NCBI GenBank assembly: GCA_036172245.1
Contig: JAYWIR010000030.1
Coordinates: forward strand, 496,001-560,000
Reading direction: 5' to 3'
DNA length: 64,000 nt
DNA from: Raillietiella orientalis
Taxonomy: Eukaryota
Below are positions 25,600 through 36,536 of this stretch, one piece after another (position 1 is the stretch's first letter; the number at the start of each line of letters is the position of its first letter). Under the pieces are notes generated by a model. That model was not told the origin of the DNA, did no database searches, and worked only from the letters and a program-made list of their open reading frames with translations. Both the position numbers and the translations under genes were made by a program.

Positions 25600-26050
25600 C
25601 CGGTCAGTCACCTCCCTGGTGACTTCCTCCTCCCGGTGGGGCCGCAGCCGTCCTCGCGTAGGCGGCTGCGACGAGGGTGACCCCCCTTCGCTGCACCAAG
25701 AGATCGGATGCGCCCCACGAATCGGGACTGCGGCACGCGGTGCGGACGCATCAGGGCTCTGCGGCCACGGCGCCCGCCGCGCGCGGAGAATTGCCGCCGC
25801 AGATCGTTGGCGGTGTCCATCGTGTGCAGCAGCGCCGATGCCACAGTCCGTCGAGGGCACGGCAGTCCAATGAGAGGAGCGGGAACGGCTCGATCCTCCC
25901 GCACCTCGGAGGATGCGGGGATGACCCCGGGGACGAGGTGGAGGCGCTGGTTGCACCGGTAACCCCGGTGCGAAAGCAGCACCGCTGCGTACTGCCACCC
26001 CAACAGGAACAAAGAGGTGTTCCAACGCAGAGGAGAGGCACCACGATGGC
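25600..26050 (-). mobile_element. Degenerate LINE zf-RVT fragment
   Basis: GWQYAAVLLSHRGYRCNQRLHLV, then after a frameshift SPHPPRCGRIEPFPLLSLDCRALDGLW. Confidence 0.65.
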
Positions 26051-26339
26051 CTTCGAGACTCCGCCGCGGTTGTCCCTATGTGGAGGACGCAGACCAGGAA
26101 GAGCGAAAGACCCGGTCTGCCGGGCAGCTCGGGAACCTCGTCCTCGGATGGCCAGGGTCCGGGGAGAGGCACCACGACGCCTTCAGAGGTTCGAAGCAGC
26201 CTCTTCGCCTGGGAAAAAGGAGTAGCAGCTTCCAGCAGCTCGATCGTCCTCCATTGTCACTCCTGCCGTCCGGGAGCTTCTCAACTCCCGTAGTGGTGCG
26301 AGAAGACTTTCTCCCCGCTGGTTAGCAGCTGCCTCTGCC

Positions 26340-26840
26340 TGCCCTTCGGGCAGATGGGGCTGTGTCAAGATTTGTGGGGGCCAGACGGGTCCCCGTCTCC
26401 CTGTCCTGCAAGACCTGGTCCAAGGGATGGCTCAGGAGACATCTCAGAAGATCAAGTTCTTCCGGGAGCTTTTCCAGGGCTGCAGCCTGGTGTCTGAGAA
26501 ACCTTCGTTGTTGCTGGGAAAGACGAAGAATAGAGGACGCAACGGCGGGGAATTGGAACCTTCGTCTTCGCAACCTGCTTCCTGCGTATGGCGTCGGGAT
26601 GGACCCTCTTGGAATACGTCACCTGGAGGAGCTTGCCGGCACCGTACGCGGAATGCGAAGGACCCGAAAGGACGGGCAGAGATCCCTTCCCTACCCCAAC
26701 CTTTCGTTTTATTTTTTCTGTTTTTCCATTCCCGTCACGGAGCTCGTCTGCAGCCTCCAGACGTCTCCAGACTCGGAGCGCCTTCCTCCAATTCTTTTTT
26801 CAACAAATAAACAAACTCCGGCGTGTCTCCGGGGAAACTA
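26340..26840 (+). mobile_element. LINE ORF2 extreme C-terminus plus 3' UTR
   Basis: AAAWCLRNLRCCWERRR...LEELAGTVRG, a T-rich tract, AATAAAC at 26806 and a CCGG..CCGG hairpin like the other tails. Confidence 0.5.
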
Positions 26841-29800
26841 GGCCACGAATGCATTCGGATGGAGTATCTCAGGTGTCCGTCTGAGGTCTCCCCATTACAG
26901 AAGCCTTCCTGAAGAGCTTGCCAAGTCCGGAACCCTTTGCTCAGGGAGACGTTCCTCCCCACTCCCCAGCACATCTCCTTCCCCTGGTTAGGAAGTAAAT
27001 GGAAAAGTCGCATCGCTGCTGCTCGATGTGGGAGCATGGTCCCTTTCGCGCCAGGGCCAACCCATCTCCGAGGTGATAGTGTCGTCCTCGGTTCCGACCT
27101 TGACTCACTGCGTCACCGGCTGGCGCGGCGAATGGACCTTGGGAACCGCTGCTGCCGGTTCCTGGCGAGGCCATTCACGGCAACGAGGATCGACTCTGCT
27201 TCCTGACGCAAGGCGCACCCCACGGCTCCCGAGGACCGTGGATCTGCAGCCAGAAAAGCATTTTGGGAGGGTCGCGGAGTGGCGGGGGCTGTGGCGAAGT
27301 GGGCTTGAGGGCGGTAGCAAAGAGAAAAAAAGGGGGAGTGGGGTGGGAGTTGAGGGAGGAGGGAAGAGAAAGCGGCGGGTCAGCAGAGGAGCAGGAGAGG
27401 AAAGAGGAGGCGGGGAGGGAACAGACGCGGGCGCTCGTTGCCGTGCCGGCGACCGGCGACCATTCGGGTGGGTCAACCTGCTTCCCAGCCCCGGGCGTCG
27501 CATTTGCCCCGTGGATCTCGACGGATCTGCTTCCATTTCTGTCCTCCTCCCCCCATTTTCGTTCTCTTCCTACCATCTTCCTCCTCCTCCATCTCCTCCC
27601 ATTTTACTTGTCTTCCTTCTCCTATCTCCTATCTCCCATTTTCCTCCATTTCCTCTCATCTTCCTCTTCCTCGTTGCTCTTCTTCATTTCAGGAAGGTGG
27701 GAATGCTCGAATTCTCGCGATCGGCGCAGTCCCTGGGGCGCGGCAGGTGCCGGCCTCTTGGCAGGTTCCCCTGGCTGGAGCAGCCGCCCAAGGCCTCGCG
27801 GAGCGGCAGGAGTCCTCCCTACGCGCGCTCTCTCAAAGCCGCGACGTTTCTCCCCCGGGGACTTCCGCTTTTTTTATTTTCTTCTTTTCTTCTTCCCCTC
27901 TTCTTCAAAGCATCGCCGGTGGAGCCGAAGAACGGGGAGTAGGGCGCGGTCGCAGAGGAGAAGAAGGACTGTGGGAGGTTCTCCAAGCTCAATCGGGGAC
28001 GCTTCCAGGCCCGGCGCGGCGCCTGCGCGTAAGGCCGTTGGATCACTTCGCTCTCCCCCTCCTTCCGCGCTGGAACCGCCCACTCCAGCGCGTGAGGGGG
28101 GGGATTCCTCTGGTCTACGAGGTGCTCGGGGGCACCTTCCGAGGGAGTAATCTGGTAGGTAGGTAATCGAAGCGGAGGTAATCTGGTGCTCGAAGGAAGG
28201 GGGGAGGGGCGTGGATCGCAGTCGGCCCGACGGGACTTCGAGACGTCGCGGAGTGGTCGACCCAATCTGCTGCGACCCGGGAGAAGCGGCGCGACGAGTC
28301 ATCATCCTGCGTCTCTGAGGCTCGGATGCTGCGACGGGTGCTGAACCTCCCGGGGACGGTGCCTCCCTCCACTCGTTTCGGGAGGCACCTGGCCGACGGT
28401 CATTCCGGTCTTCCTCCTTTCCTTTCCTTTTCGCCGGCCAGGAACCGCCGGTCCTGCTCCGAGCTCTCCCTGCCTCCGGACAGGCCGTCCTCTTCTCCTT
28501 TCAGGGAGCCAGAGGTAGTTCAGCAATTGAGTCGTGTGGATCTTCGATAAAGCAATGAATTCCCCTTGAATCTTTCAGGGTGCCCTCAGGCGACAGAGGC
28601 CCCCGTCGGGACCGGCGTGGAGAAAGGGAAGGGACGGCATGGGTCTTCACTGGATGGGCTCCCGCGGGCACCCCACCCTCGACCCCTTCGGCAGAATCGG
28701 ACACCCAAAGGCCTCCTGGTGCTCTGAAGGGTCGACGTGGAGCATCGTGGTGTGGGTGGGCGTGAAGGGAGGAGGAGAGAGAACTTCTCGGAGCGGGGGT
28801 GCGCCTTTGATGCTCTCTTCCCTTTCCTGGAGGTAGCGTCTCGTGGGGATGCGCGCTCTAGGGCTTGGACGAGGGTGCCGATCTGCCTTCTCCGAGCGCC
28901 CCACGCTTCCGGCTGCATGACGAGCGGGTTGCCAGGCGATAGAGCGTCCGATTGCCAAGGAGACGGCGGGGTTCCCCGGAGGCGCCGTTTCTTTTCGCTT
29001 GGGGAGGTGATCCGTGCGCGCATGCGAGCGAGAGGACCGGCCACTTTTACTCGGCCTTTCGGAGAGAGGAAGAGCGGATGCTGCCGCCCGCATCCGCTCT
29101 TCCGGGCTCCGGGAGGGCTAGCGCTGCCACTCGCCCCATTCGCGGCCGGCTGCTCCTCGGGTCTCTCCCTCCCCCCCTTTCCTTTGGCACTTCGTCTCTC
29201 GCTCCGCCGGAGAGGTTCTTTCCGCTGCCCGACCTACCGAGCCTTCCTTCTCTCTCCGCGGAGGCCCACCGCGCGCGCGTCCGCCGGTTGCCAGGCGACA
29301 GCAACCGGCTGGCGCAGCGGAGTACAGGAAAGGCGAAGCGGGGTTCACGTGGGGGTGGCATCGGCAGCGCCGGCGGGACGCCTCTCGCACAATCTTTCGC
29401 TCTCTCTCTCACCCCCACCTTCCCCAGTCCTCCTTGTGCCACTCTTTTGAGCCGAAGATCGGCTTGGACTTGGCTGGAGACGGAGAAGGGAAAAAAATAG
29501 GGGGAGGGAGGTAGAGGACAGTGTATGCTTCGTGCTCGTTTGGGCTGAGGAGGACGCACGGGTCCGGGAGGTGGGAGGGGGGGAGGCTGAGCGCAGGCTC
29601 CAGAAAGAAGGACGGGGTAGAAGGCGAAGCGCGCGGAGATGACGAAAAGACGGAAGCGACGCCGGTGGCGGAGGTGGAGAAAGTGACGACAGCAGCACGG
29701 ATGACGACAGTGGCAGCGATAATGACCACGGGCAGCCACGACGCCGGCAATGGTGGTAGCGATGGCGGAGGCGCTGACCATCCTGGTGGCGACGACCGTG

Positions 29801-30369
29801 GGAGGAGAATCACGAAAATGGCAACGGCGTTGGTGGTGACGGTGGCAAAAATGGCGGTGATCATCACGGGGATGGGAAAGAAAAGAACAAAAACAAGGAA
29901 AAAACGACGGCAGCGATGCAAGCGGCGGCGCAGAGAAACAAGAGAGGGAAAACCAGGCGAGAGGAGAGATCCGTCCGCCGTCGCCCGCCGTTTCGTTCCG
30001 CGAGGCAGCGAAGACGAGCGCGCGCTCCCCCCCCCCTCCCTCCCTCTCTTTCGCTCACTCTCGCCTTCGAGAAGGCAGTCCCAGGAGGACGGCGTGTGTG
30101 TGTAGGATGGGGTTCCCCGCCGGATTCGCCTCTCCCGCCTCCTCCTCCGCACGCGCGCGCCAAGCCCGACCGCGCGCGCCTCATCCGAAGCCCAGAAACG
30201 GGCAAAAGAGACTTTCAGCGGGCGCGTACACACACGAAAGTCGTCTTCGTCGGCGGCAGCGGCAGCGGCGGCGGTGGTGGCAGTACGTTGTGTTCTTGCG
30301 CCGGTGACCTACATGTATTTATACCGCGGGGCGCCGTGCGTGCCGGACCTGTCCGCGCGTGCGTCCGCC

Positions 30370-33245
30370 ATGCCGTTCGTCAGGGTTGCCATCTGCTTCT
30401 GTTTACACCTGTGCTCGGGTAAGTCCCTCTTGTTCGCTCTTGTTCGTTGCGGGGTTGGGCTGGCTGCGGGTGGGGTTGAGAGAGGATGCCCCCCCTCTCT
30501 TCCTAGGAACGCCCGCCCGTGCACGCGCGCGCGCGCTCCAGATCAGGCCGAAGGGGGATTTTTCCCTTTTCCTCTCTTCCTCCTGATCTCCCGTGCTCGC
30601 CGCCGCCCTTCTCTGGCGACGGCGCGCTGAGCGGAGAGGGGGAGGAGCGTCCCTCAGGTGCCGCTTTGGAGTGATCCCTTTGCCGAAGAGAGGCTCTCGC
30701 CCCCTCTTGCTCTCTTACCCCATCCTTGCCAGCGGTCTCGTGCAGGCAGGAAGACCTGGGGTCTCCGGACAGGGTAAGAAAGGGAAGGGAGAATTGCGGG
30801 GCTCCCTCATGGTTTCTCGAACCCCTGCTGGCGAAAGGCGGCTGCGGTCGCAAGCAGCCTCCAGGCAAGACCGAACCCTCTTATCCCTCCTTCTCTTTCT
30901 TTTGTTTTCGCTACTCTGGATGCTATTGCCCTGGTTGCTGCTGCTCCTCACCTGCTTCTACTGCTTTCTCTCCCGCCGTTGTTCCGGCGCTCTTCCGTTG
31001 AGGAGCAGCAACGTATCCCTCCTTACGACCTCCTCTGCGGTTGCCGGAAGGACGCGCTCGCGTCCGGGGTGGAAAGGGGTTGGAGTGACTTCCATTCCCC
31101 CCATCGTTTCCGCCGCTTCCCACCGCGCCTCTCTCCCTAGAGACCCTCACTACCTGATTCCTTTCCCTCAGTCTTGGGAGGCAGCATCCGTGAAAAGCGT
31201 CAGCTGGACGACGCCGAAGAGCAAGGGAGGGAGCTGTGCAGGCAGAGAGACCCTCAGGAGTGGTTCCGGCTGGTCAGCGGCGAGTCGAACTGCCGCGATG
31301 TCATCCAGTGCACAGCCAGCGTGCGTATCAGCTCTTCCTTTCCCTCGCGCGCCCGAGGCCGGGACTGAGGGCGAGCGAGCGGCACTTCCTTCCTCCTCCC
31401 GGCTCCCCCCCCCCCACACCAGCGCGCGGTGTCCCTCTTTCAGGGCTTCCAAGGTCTCCGGTGCCCTCCCGGGCTGGCGTTCGACATCGAGAAGCAGACC
31501 TGCGACTGGAAGTACAACGTGAAGAACTGCGAGCTGCTGCAAAAGGAAAAGAAGGCTAAGCCTCGCCTGGTGACGGAGGAGCCGCTCTGCTCCGAGGGTT
31601 TCCTGGCCTGCGGCGACAGCCAGTGCATCGAGAGGAGCAAGTTCTGCGACGGGACGAGGGACTGCGCCGACGGGTCGGACGAGAACGCGTGCGGTAAGCG
31701 TGCACTCTTCCTCCTCCGGGAGGAGGAGGGATACCGGACCACCGTCGAGGACACGAGCCTTGCGCGCGCACTCGCCAGACATCGACTCGGACCCGAACCG
31801 CGCGCCGGAATGCGACCCGGTCATCTGCCAACTGCCGGACTGCTTCTGCTCCCCCGACGGCACCGGGATACCCGGGAACCTGAATCCCAGCGTGGTTCCG
31901 CAGATGGTACGCGTCTACTTTCCGCCGTGTTCTTTCTCCTGCTCGTCTTTACGCTTGGCTTCCACCCCCCTTCCCTCCTCACTCTTCGGCCTCCTCCTCC
32001 GCCATCGTCTCTTCTCCTCTCATGGTACTTCCTTTGTTTCTTTCGTCTTCGCCTCCCTTTTCCTCTCAATCCTGATACACGTGACCACTCCCGGCAGGTG
32101 ATGATCACCTTCGACGACGCCATCAACAACAACAACATCGATCTGTACAATGATCTGCTGATCGGTACCCGCGTCAACCCCAACGGGTGCGACATCAAGG
32201 CGACCTTCTTCGTGTCCCACAAGTACACCAACTATTCGGCCGTTCAGGAGTTTCACCGCCACGGGCACGAGATCGCCTCCCACTCTATCACGTGAGCTCC
32301 AGCATCCTTGGCCCCTGACGGCGAATCCTCTCGTTCTCTCTCTTTTTTTTTCTTTCCTCCTTCCTTCACCCTGCCCCCCCCCTCTCTCTTTTTTCCCCTG
32401 CTTTCCCGGGGAACAGACATAGGAACGATGAGAACTTCTGGAGCAACGCGTCGATCGACGACTGGACCCGGGAGATGGAAGGGCAGCGGCTGATCATCGA
32501 GAAGTTCGCCAACATCACCGACGAGACCGTGGTCGGGCTACGTGGACCATTGCTGCGCGTGGGAGGGAACAACCAATTCACGATGATGGAGGAGCAGAAG
32601 TTCCTCTACGACTCGACCATCACCGTGCCCCTTCACAATCCCCCCCTCTGGCCGTACACCATGTACTTCCGGCTGCCGCATCAGTGCCACGGCAACCTGC
32701 AGAACTGCCCCACCCGCAGGCACGCCGTCTGGGAGGTCGTGATGAACGAGCTGGACCGCCGGGAAGACCCCAGCTTCGACGAGAACCTGGCCGGCTGCGT
32801 GATGGTCGACTCCTGCTCCAACATCCTGACCGGAGAGCAGTTCTACAACTTCCTCAATCACAACTTCGACAGGCACTACCTTAGCAACAGGGCACCCCTA
32901 GGCCTGTTCTTCCACTCCGCCTGGCTGAAGAACAACCCGGACTTCTTCGAAGCGTTCCTCGTCTGGATCGACGAGAAACTGGAGACCCATAATGACGTAT
33001 ACTTTGTTACCATGGCCCAAGTCATCCAGTGGATGCAGGAGCCCCATCCACTGTCCGATATCAAAAACTTCGGACCCTGGCGCGTCAAGTGCAATGTCGA
33101 AAAACAGTCCACCTGCACCACGTTGAATGCCTGCCCCGTGACCACCAGGGAGCTTCCAGGAGAGACCCTGCGTCTTCACACGTGCGTCAAGTGCCCCAAC
33201 CACTACCCCTGGCTCAATGACCCCACGGGAGAGGGGAGGTTCTGA
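30370..33245 (+). CDS. CDA1: Chitin deacetylase 1 (serpentine/group I CDA): signal peptide, chitin-binding peritrophin-A domain, LDLa, CE4 deacetylase; 532 aa, 6 exons
   Basis: Exons 30370-30418, 31172-31320, 31444-31693, 31779-31906, 32098-32291, 32417-33245. All introns GT-AG, phases consistent, 1599 nt in total. Protein: MPFVRVAICFCLHLCSVLGGSIREKRQ...CPPGLAFDIEKQTCDW...CADGSDENAC...ITFDDAINNNN...HEIASHSITH...NELDRREDP...LGLFFHSAW...YPWLNDPTG. Intact TFDD and HSITH identify the CDA1/serp type. Confidence 0.96.
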
Positions 33246-33316
33246 AGCGGGAGCGAGAAAATGAGAAGAAGAAAAAGAAGAAAAGATCCGTTGCTGGGAC
33301 ACACACTTCCTCTGGC

Positions 33317-33322
33317 AATAAA
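33317..33322 (+). promoter_or_regulatory. Probable polyadenylation signal of CDA1
   Basis: AATAAA about 70 nt after the TGA, in a GC-rich context. Confidence 0.55.
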
Positions 33323-36300
33323 CCGTTAGGACCATCCGTCTGCGATATCCCCCGAGCTGCAACCGTGGTGGCCGTGGCCCTGACGCTCCCTTCCTCCTTT
33401 CCGAGTAGGCAGAGTTGTGGAGGTGCTAGTAGGTTACCGCCACACGTTTGCATCCGTCGGTGAGCGTTCGTTGGGTAGTCTGCGGGGAGGGGAGCCGGCC
33501 GCAGGGAGGACTTTGGGTCGTGGCAGGCCATTGGACGGCGAGGCCGACTGGCGGGAAGAGGACGCGCGGGAAGCTGGGCAGGAGGGAGTCAGGGAGGTTG
33601 GGGTGGGAGGAAGGAAGGGGAGGCGAGGTTCCTTCTGGAGTCGTCGGGTGAGCAGGGGAGGACAGGAGAAGGGGTTGATGTGCGCTGACCCACGCGCTCC
33701 ATGCTCTCAGGGGAGCCTTCCTCCAGTAGGAAAGGGCACCTTTGCCAGCGCCGGCACCTTTGAAGGCCGAGGCAGACGGGCTGCTCTCCGAGTGAGGAGG
33801 GTGGTGGGAGGGACGGTCACCCATCGAAGACTCCCTCAGGCAGGTCACAGTCAGGAGTCACCTTGCTGGGAGCAGTGGTCCGCGAGCAAGTGCGGACTCC
33901 CTCGGGTGTCGGGCGGAGGAGACCTGAATCGGCAGCGGCGCCCAAGGGTCGCTTCTCCTGGAGGACTCCAGGACCCATTGCGCGCCTTCCCCGCCCGCCC
34001 CTGTTTGCCTCCTCTCCCAATGGGAAAAAAGTCCCGAGAAGGGCAGGATGGTGGGGCTGCAGGCGGTGCGGGACGAGGAGGAGGAGGGGCGAATGGGGTG
34101 GATGATGGCAACGATAGGGGCTCGGGTGAAGCCTCCCACGAAAGCACTGATTTGTTCCCTTCCAGGAGGGGGATCTTTGGTCGACTTCCTTCGCGCTCCT
34201 CCTTCCTGCTGAGGACGAAGCTGCTGGAACCTCCTCGGACTCGCCTCTAGACTTTTGGTCTCCTCCGGGCTCCCGGGCTCCATTCCTCCTCACTGCAGAG
34301 GTTCCCCTCCTTCCATCCCCGCGCTTACCCTTTGCCGCAGGGGTAATTAGGAAGCGAGTGTCCGTCCTCTGGCGCGCAACCCCGCTGGAATCTTTCGCTT
34401 CCGCAATTCCCTCCTCCACCTCCCCTCCCCAGGCAGAGCTGTTGCTCCACGCCTGAGGTGCAGACGGTGCTGAGGTCACGCCCCCCCCTTTTTTCCTCAG
34501 CGGGTATATTTCTTTCTCCCCACCCCCACTTCTGGCCTACTTTTTCTCCCTCTTCCCCCATCTCCTTCTGCCAGTCTTTTCGCTGCTCCTCCTCGCCCGT
34601 CCTCTCCACAGACGACCGCAACTGCGAGCACCCCCGTCATTCCGGTCTCTCCCTCGTGTCAGTCTGCCACTCTCCGACGCTGGGTCTCCCGGATCTGGGA
34701 GGAGGAGGAGAAGGAGGAACGCCTTTCGCCTCACTTCGACGCTTAGGGGAACCGGAGAGGTGCGCCTGGCAGCGCACCGGAGAGGGAAGCGAGGCCTCTC
34801 CCTTCCAGGAGAGTCTCTGGATTACGTCGGGTGGGAAGGGGCAGCCACGGAAGGTGCAGGGTAGGACATGCTCAAGCAGCTGGTCTTCCTCCGTGACCCT
34901 TCCTGAGAGAGAGTGCATCCCAGACGACCGGAAGCAGTTTTTCGAAGGGATGGGAAGAAGTTTCCTCCCTCGGGACACCCGCTGGGGACCCTCGTCCGCT
35001 GCTGCCTGACATCTCAGGCTCCTGCGGCTCCGTGCGATCCCGATCTCTTCCTCGAGTACCCCTGAGGCTAGAGGACGCGGGGAACGGATGGAAACTCCTA
35101 AAAGACGATCATCGACACCGTATACGCGCCCAGATGCGGTCGCCCTTCGATGTCCTGGGCGATGGAGGGAAACGGTGGAGTCCTCACGCTCCTTTTCCGA
35201 CCCTTTTCGCGCGCCGGAATTCCTGGAATGGAGTCTGGAATTTTTCCGGGAAGCACGGCGGATTTCCTGCCGTCCTCTCACCACTCATGATCCCAGCTTC
35301 ACCCTGCTCCTCTTCGCCGCTTGCTAGAACCTAAGGTCCCCTTTCGTGGGAGTCGTCACGGCGGCTTCCGCTCAACTGGGATGCGAAAGGGGAGGAGACG
35401 AGGGAAGGAGCAAGGGATAGGACGGGAAATGGTAGGAGAAAAGAGAAGGCAAAAGGAGTGGGAGGATGGGGAAAGGGAAGAGTTAGGAGGAGAAGGAGGA
35501 TGAAGGCGAAAATTAGGATGGCGAGGACAGGAGGAGAAGGAACAGGATGGAAAGGGGGAGGTATGGGCGGAACGGGCAGGAACGCACAGAGGAAGGAAAC
35601 GCACTCTTCTACCTGCCTGTGCCGAGGGTCTTGCACTCCGGGGAGCGGGACATCCAGCCAGACCTCCACCTTCTCATTACCGCAGAACCGGCGATCTTGG
35701 CTTCAAGGGCGCTGAGCGCCAGAGTTCCTAGGAGGAACGAGCTCGCGACCAGGGAGGCTGGCTGAGACAAGCTGCACGAGCAGCTGACGTTCCCTCTCCC
35801 TAGAGGCTTGACCTCTTTTCTCCATCCACTCCCAGGCTGCAACACTGCCGGAGACGCCTGTTCTAGTGAGCGAGGAGGCTGATGAGAGGTCCAGGTGACA
35901 GCGGAACAGCAGCCACGAGACTCAGCAGGAAGAAGAGAGGGAGCACGTAGCTGAGGGCGGCGGGGGTAGAGGAGAGGAGGGAGGTGTCTCCCGACCCTCC
36001 CTTCCGTGCACCTCTCCTCCTCCACTTCCTCATCCCTCCTTCAGACCCTCGTTGAGAGAAGTCTCAGGATCCATGGTGCGAAAGGGGTGCATCGGGACGG
36101 ACTGAAAGGCCCGCGGACGACCAGGCTGCCGACCTCCCCCTCTGCTCGTGCTCTCAGCCAGTTGAAGAGCGATGCGATCCGAGGTGTGAAGGCAGGAGAA
36201 GGGCGGCGTCTATGGACTCGCCTTCTTCCGGAGCTACGTCCTCCTCCTCCTCCTGGAAAGGATGGGGGGGGGGGGGAAGGCCTCGAGCCGACCCGATGGG

Positions 36301-36536
36301 CTCCTCTGGCGCGCGTTCGCTTCCACCTCGCCACCATCGCCGACGCCTCGCGGACGGCCGCTCGCTACTTTTTATCGCGGAGTAGCACCGTGTGAAAGTG
36401 GTCCTCCTCCCCCCTCGCCTCTTCGTCGTATATCTATGAATTATGATCCGGACGCGGCTACACTTGGCGAAGAGCTCCCGTCAAGTGAAAGCGAGCTGCT
36501 GCAGAGTTCAGCACCCCGTCCTCCCTTCGGAAGAAG

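Noticed and set aside
26816..26842. Helitron 3' end (hairpin followed by CTAG)
   Set aside because: Only one of the homologous tails has CTAG, and the hairpin follows LINE ORF2 sequence.
30316..30323. TATA-like TATTTATA about 50 nt upstream of the CDA1 ATG
   Set aside because: Plausible, but the transcription start is unknown, so it cannot be supported from sequence alone.
35879..35920. Hammerhead ribozyme core CTGATGA (also at 15361, 18201, 47070, 61651)
   Set aside because: No correctly placed GAAA or flanking helices seen.
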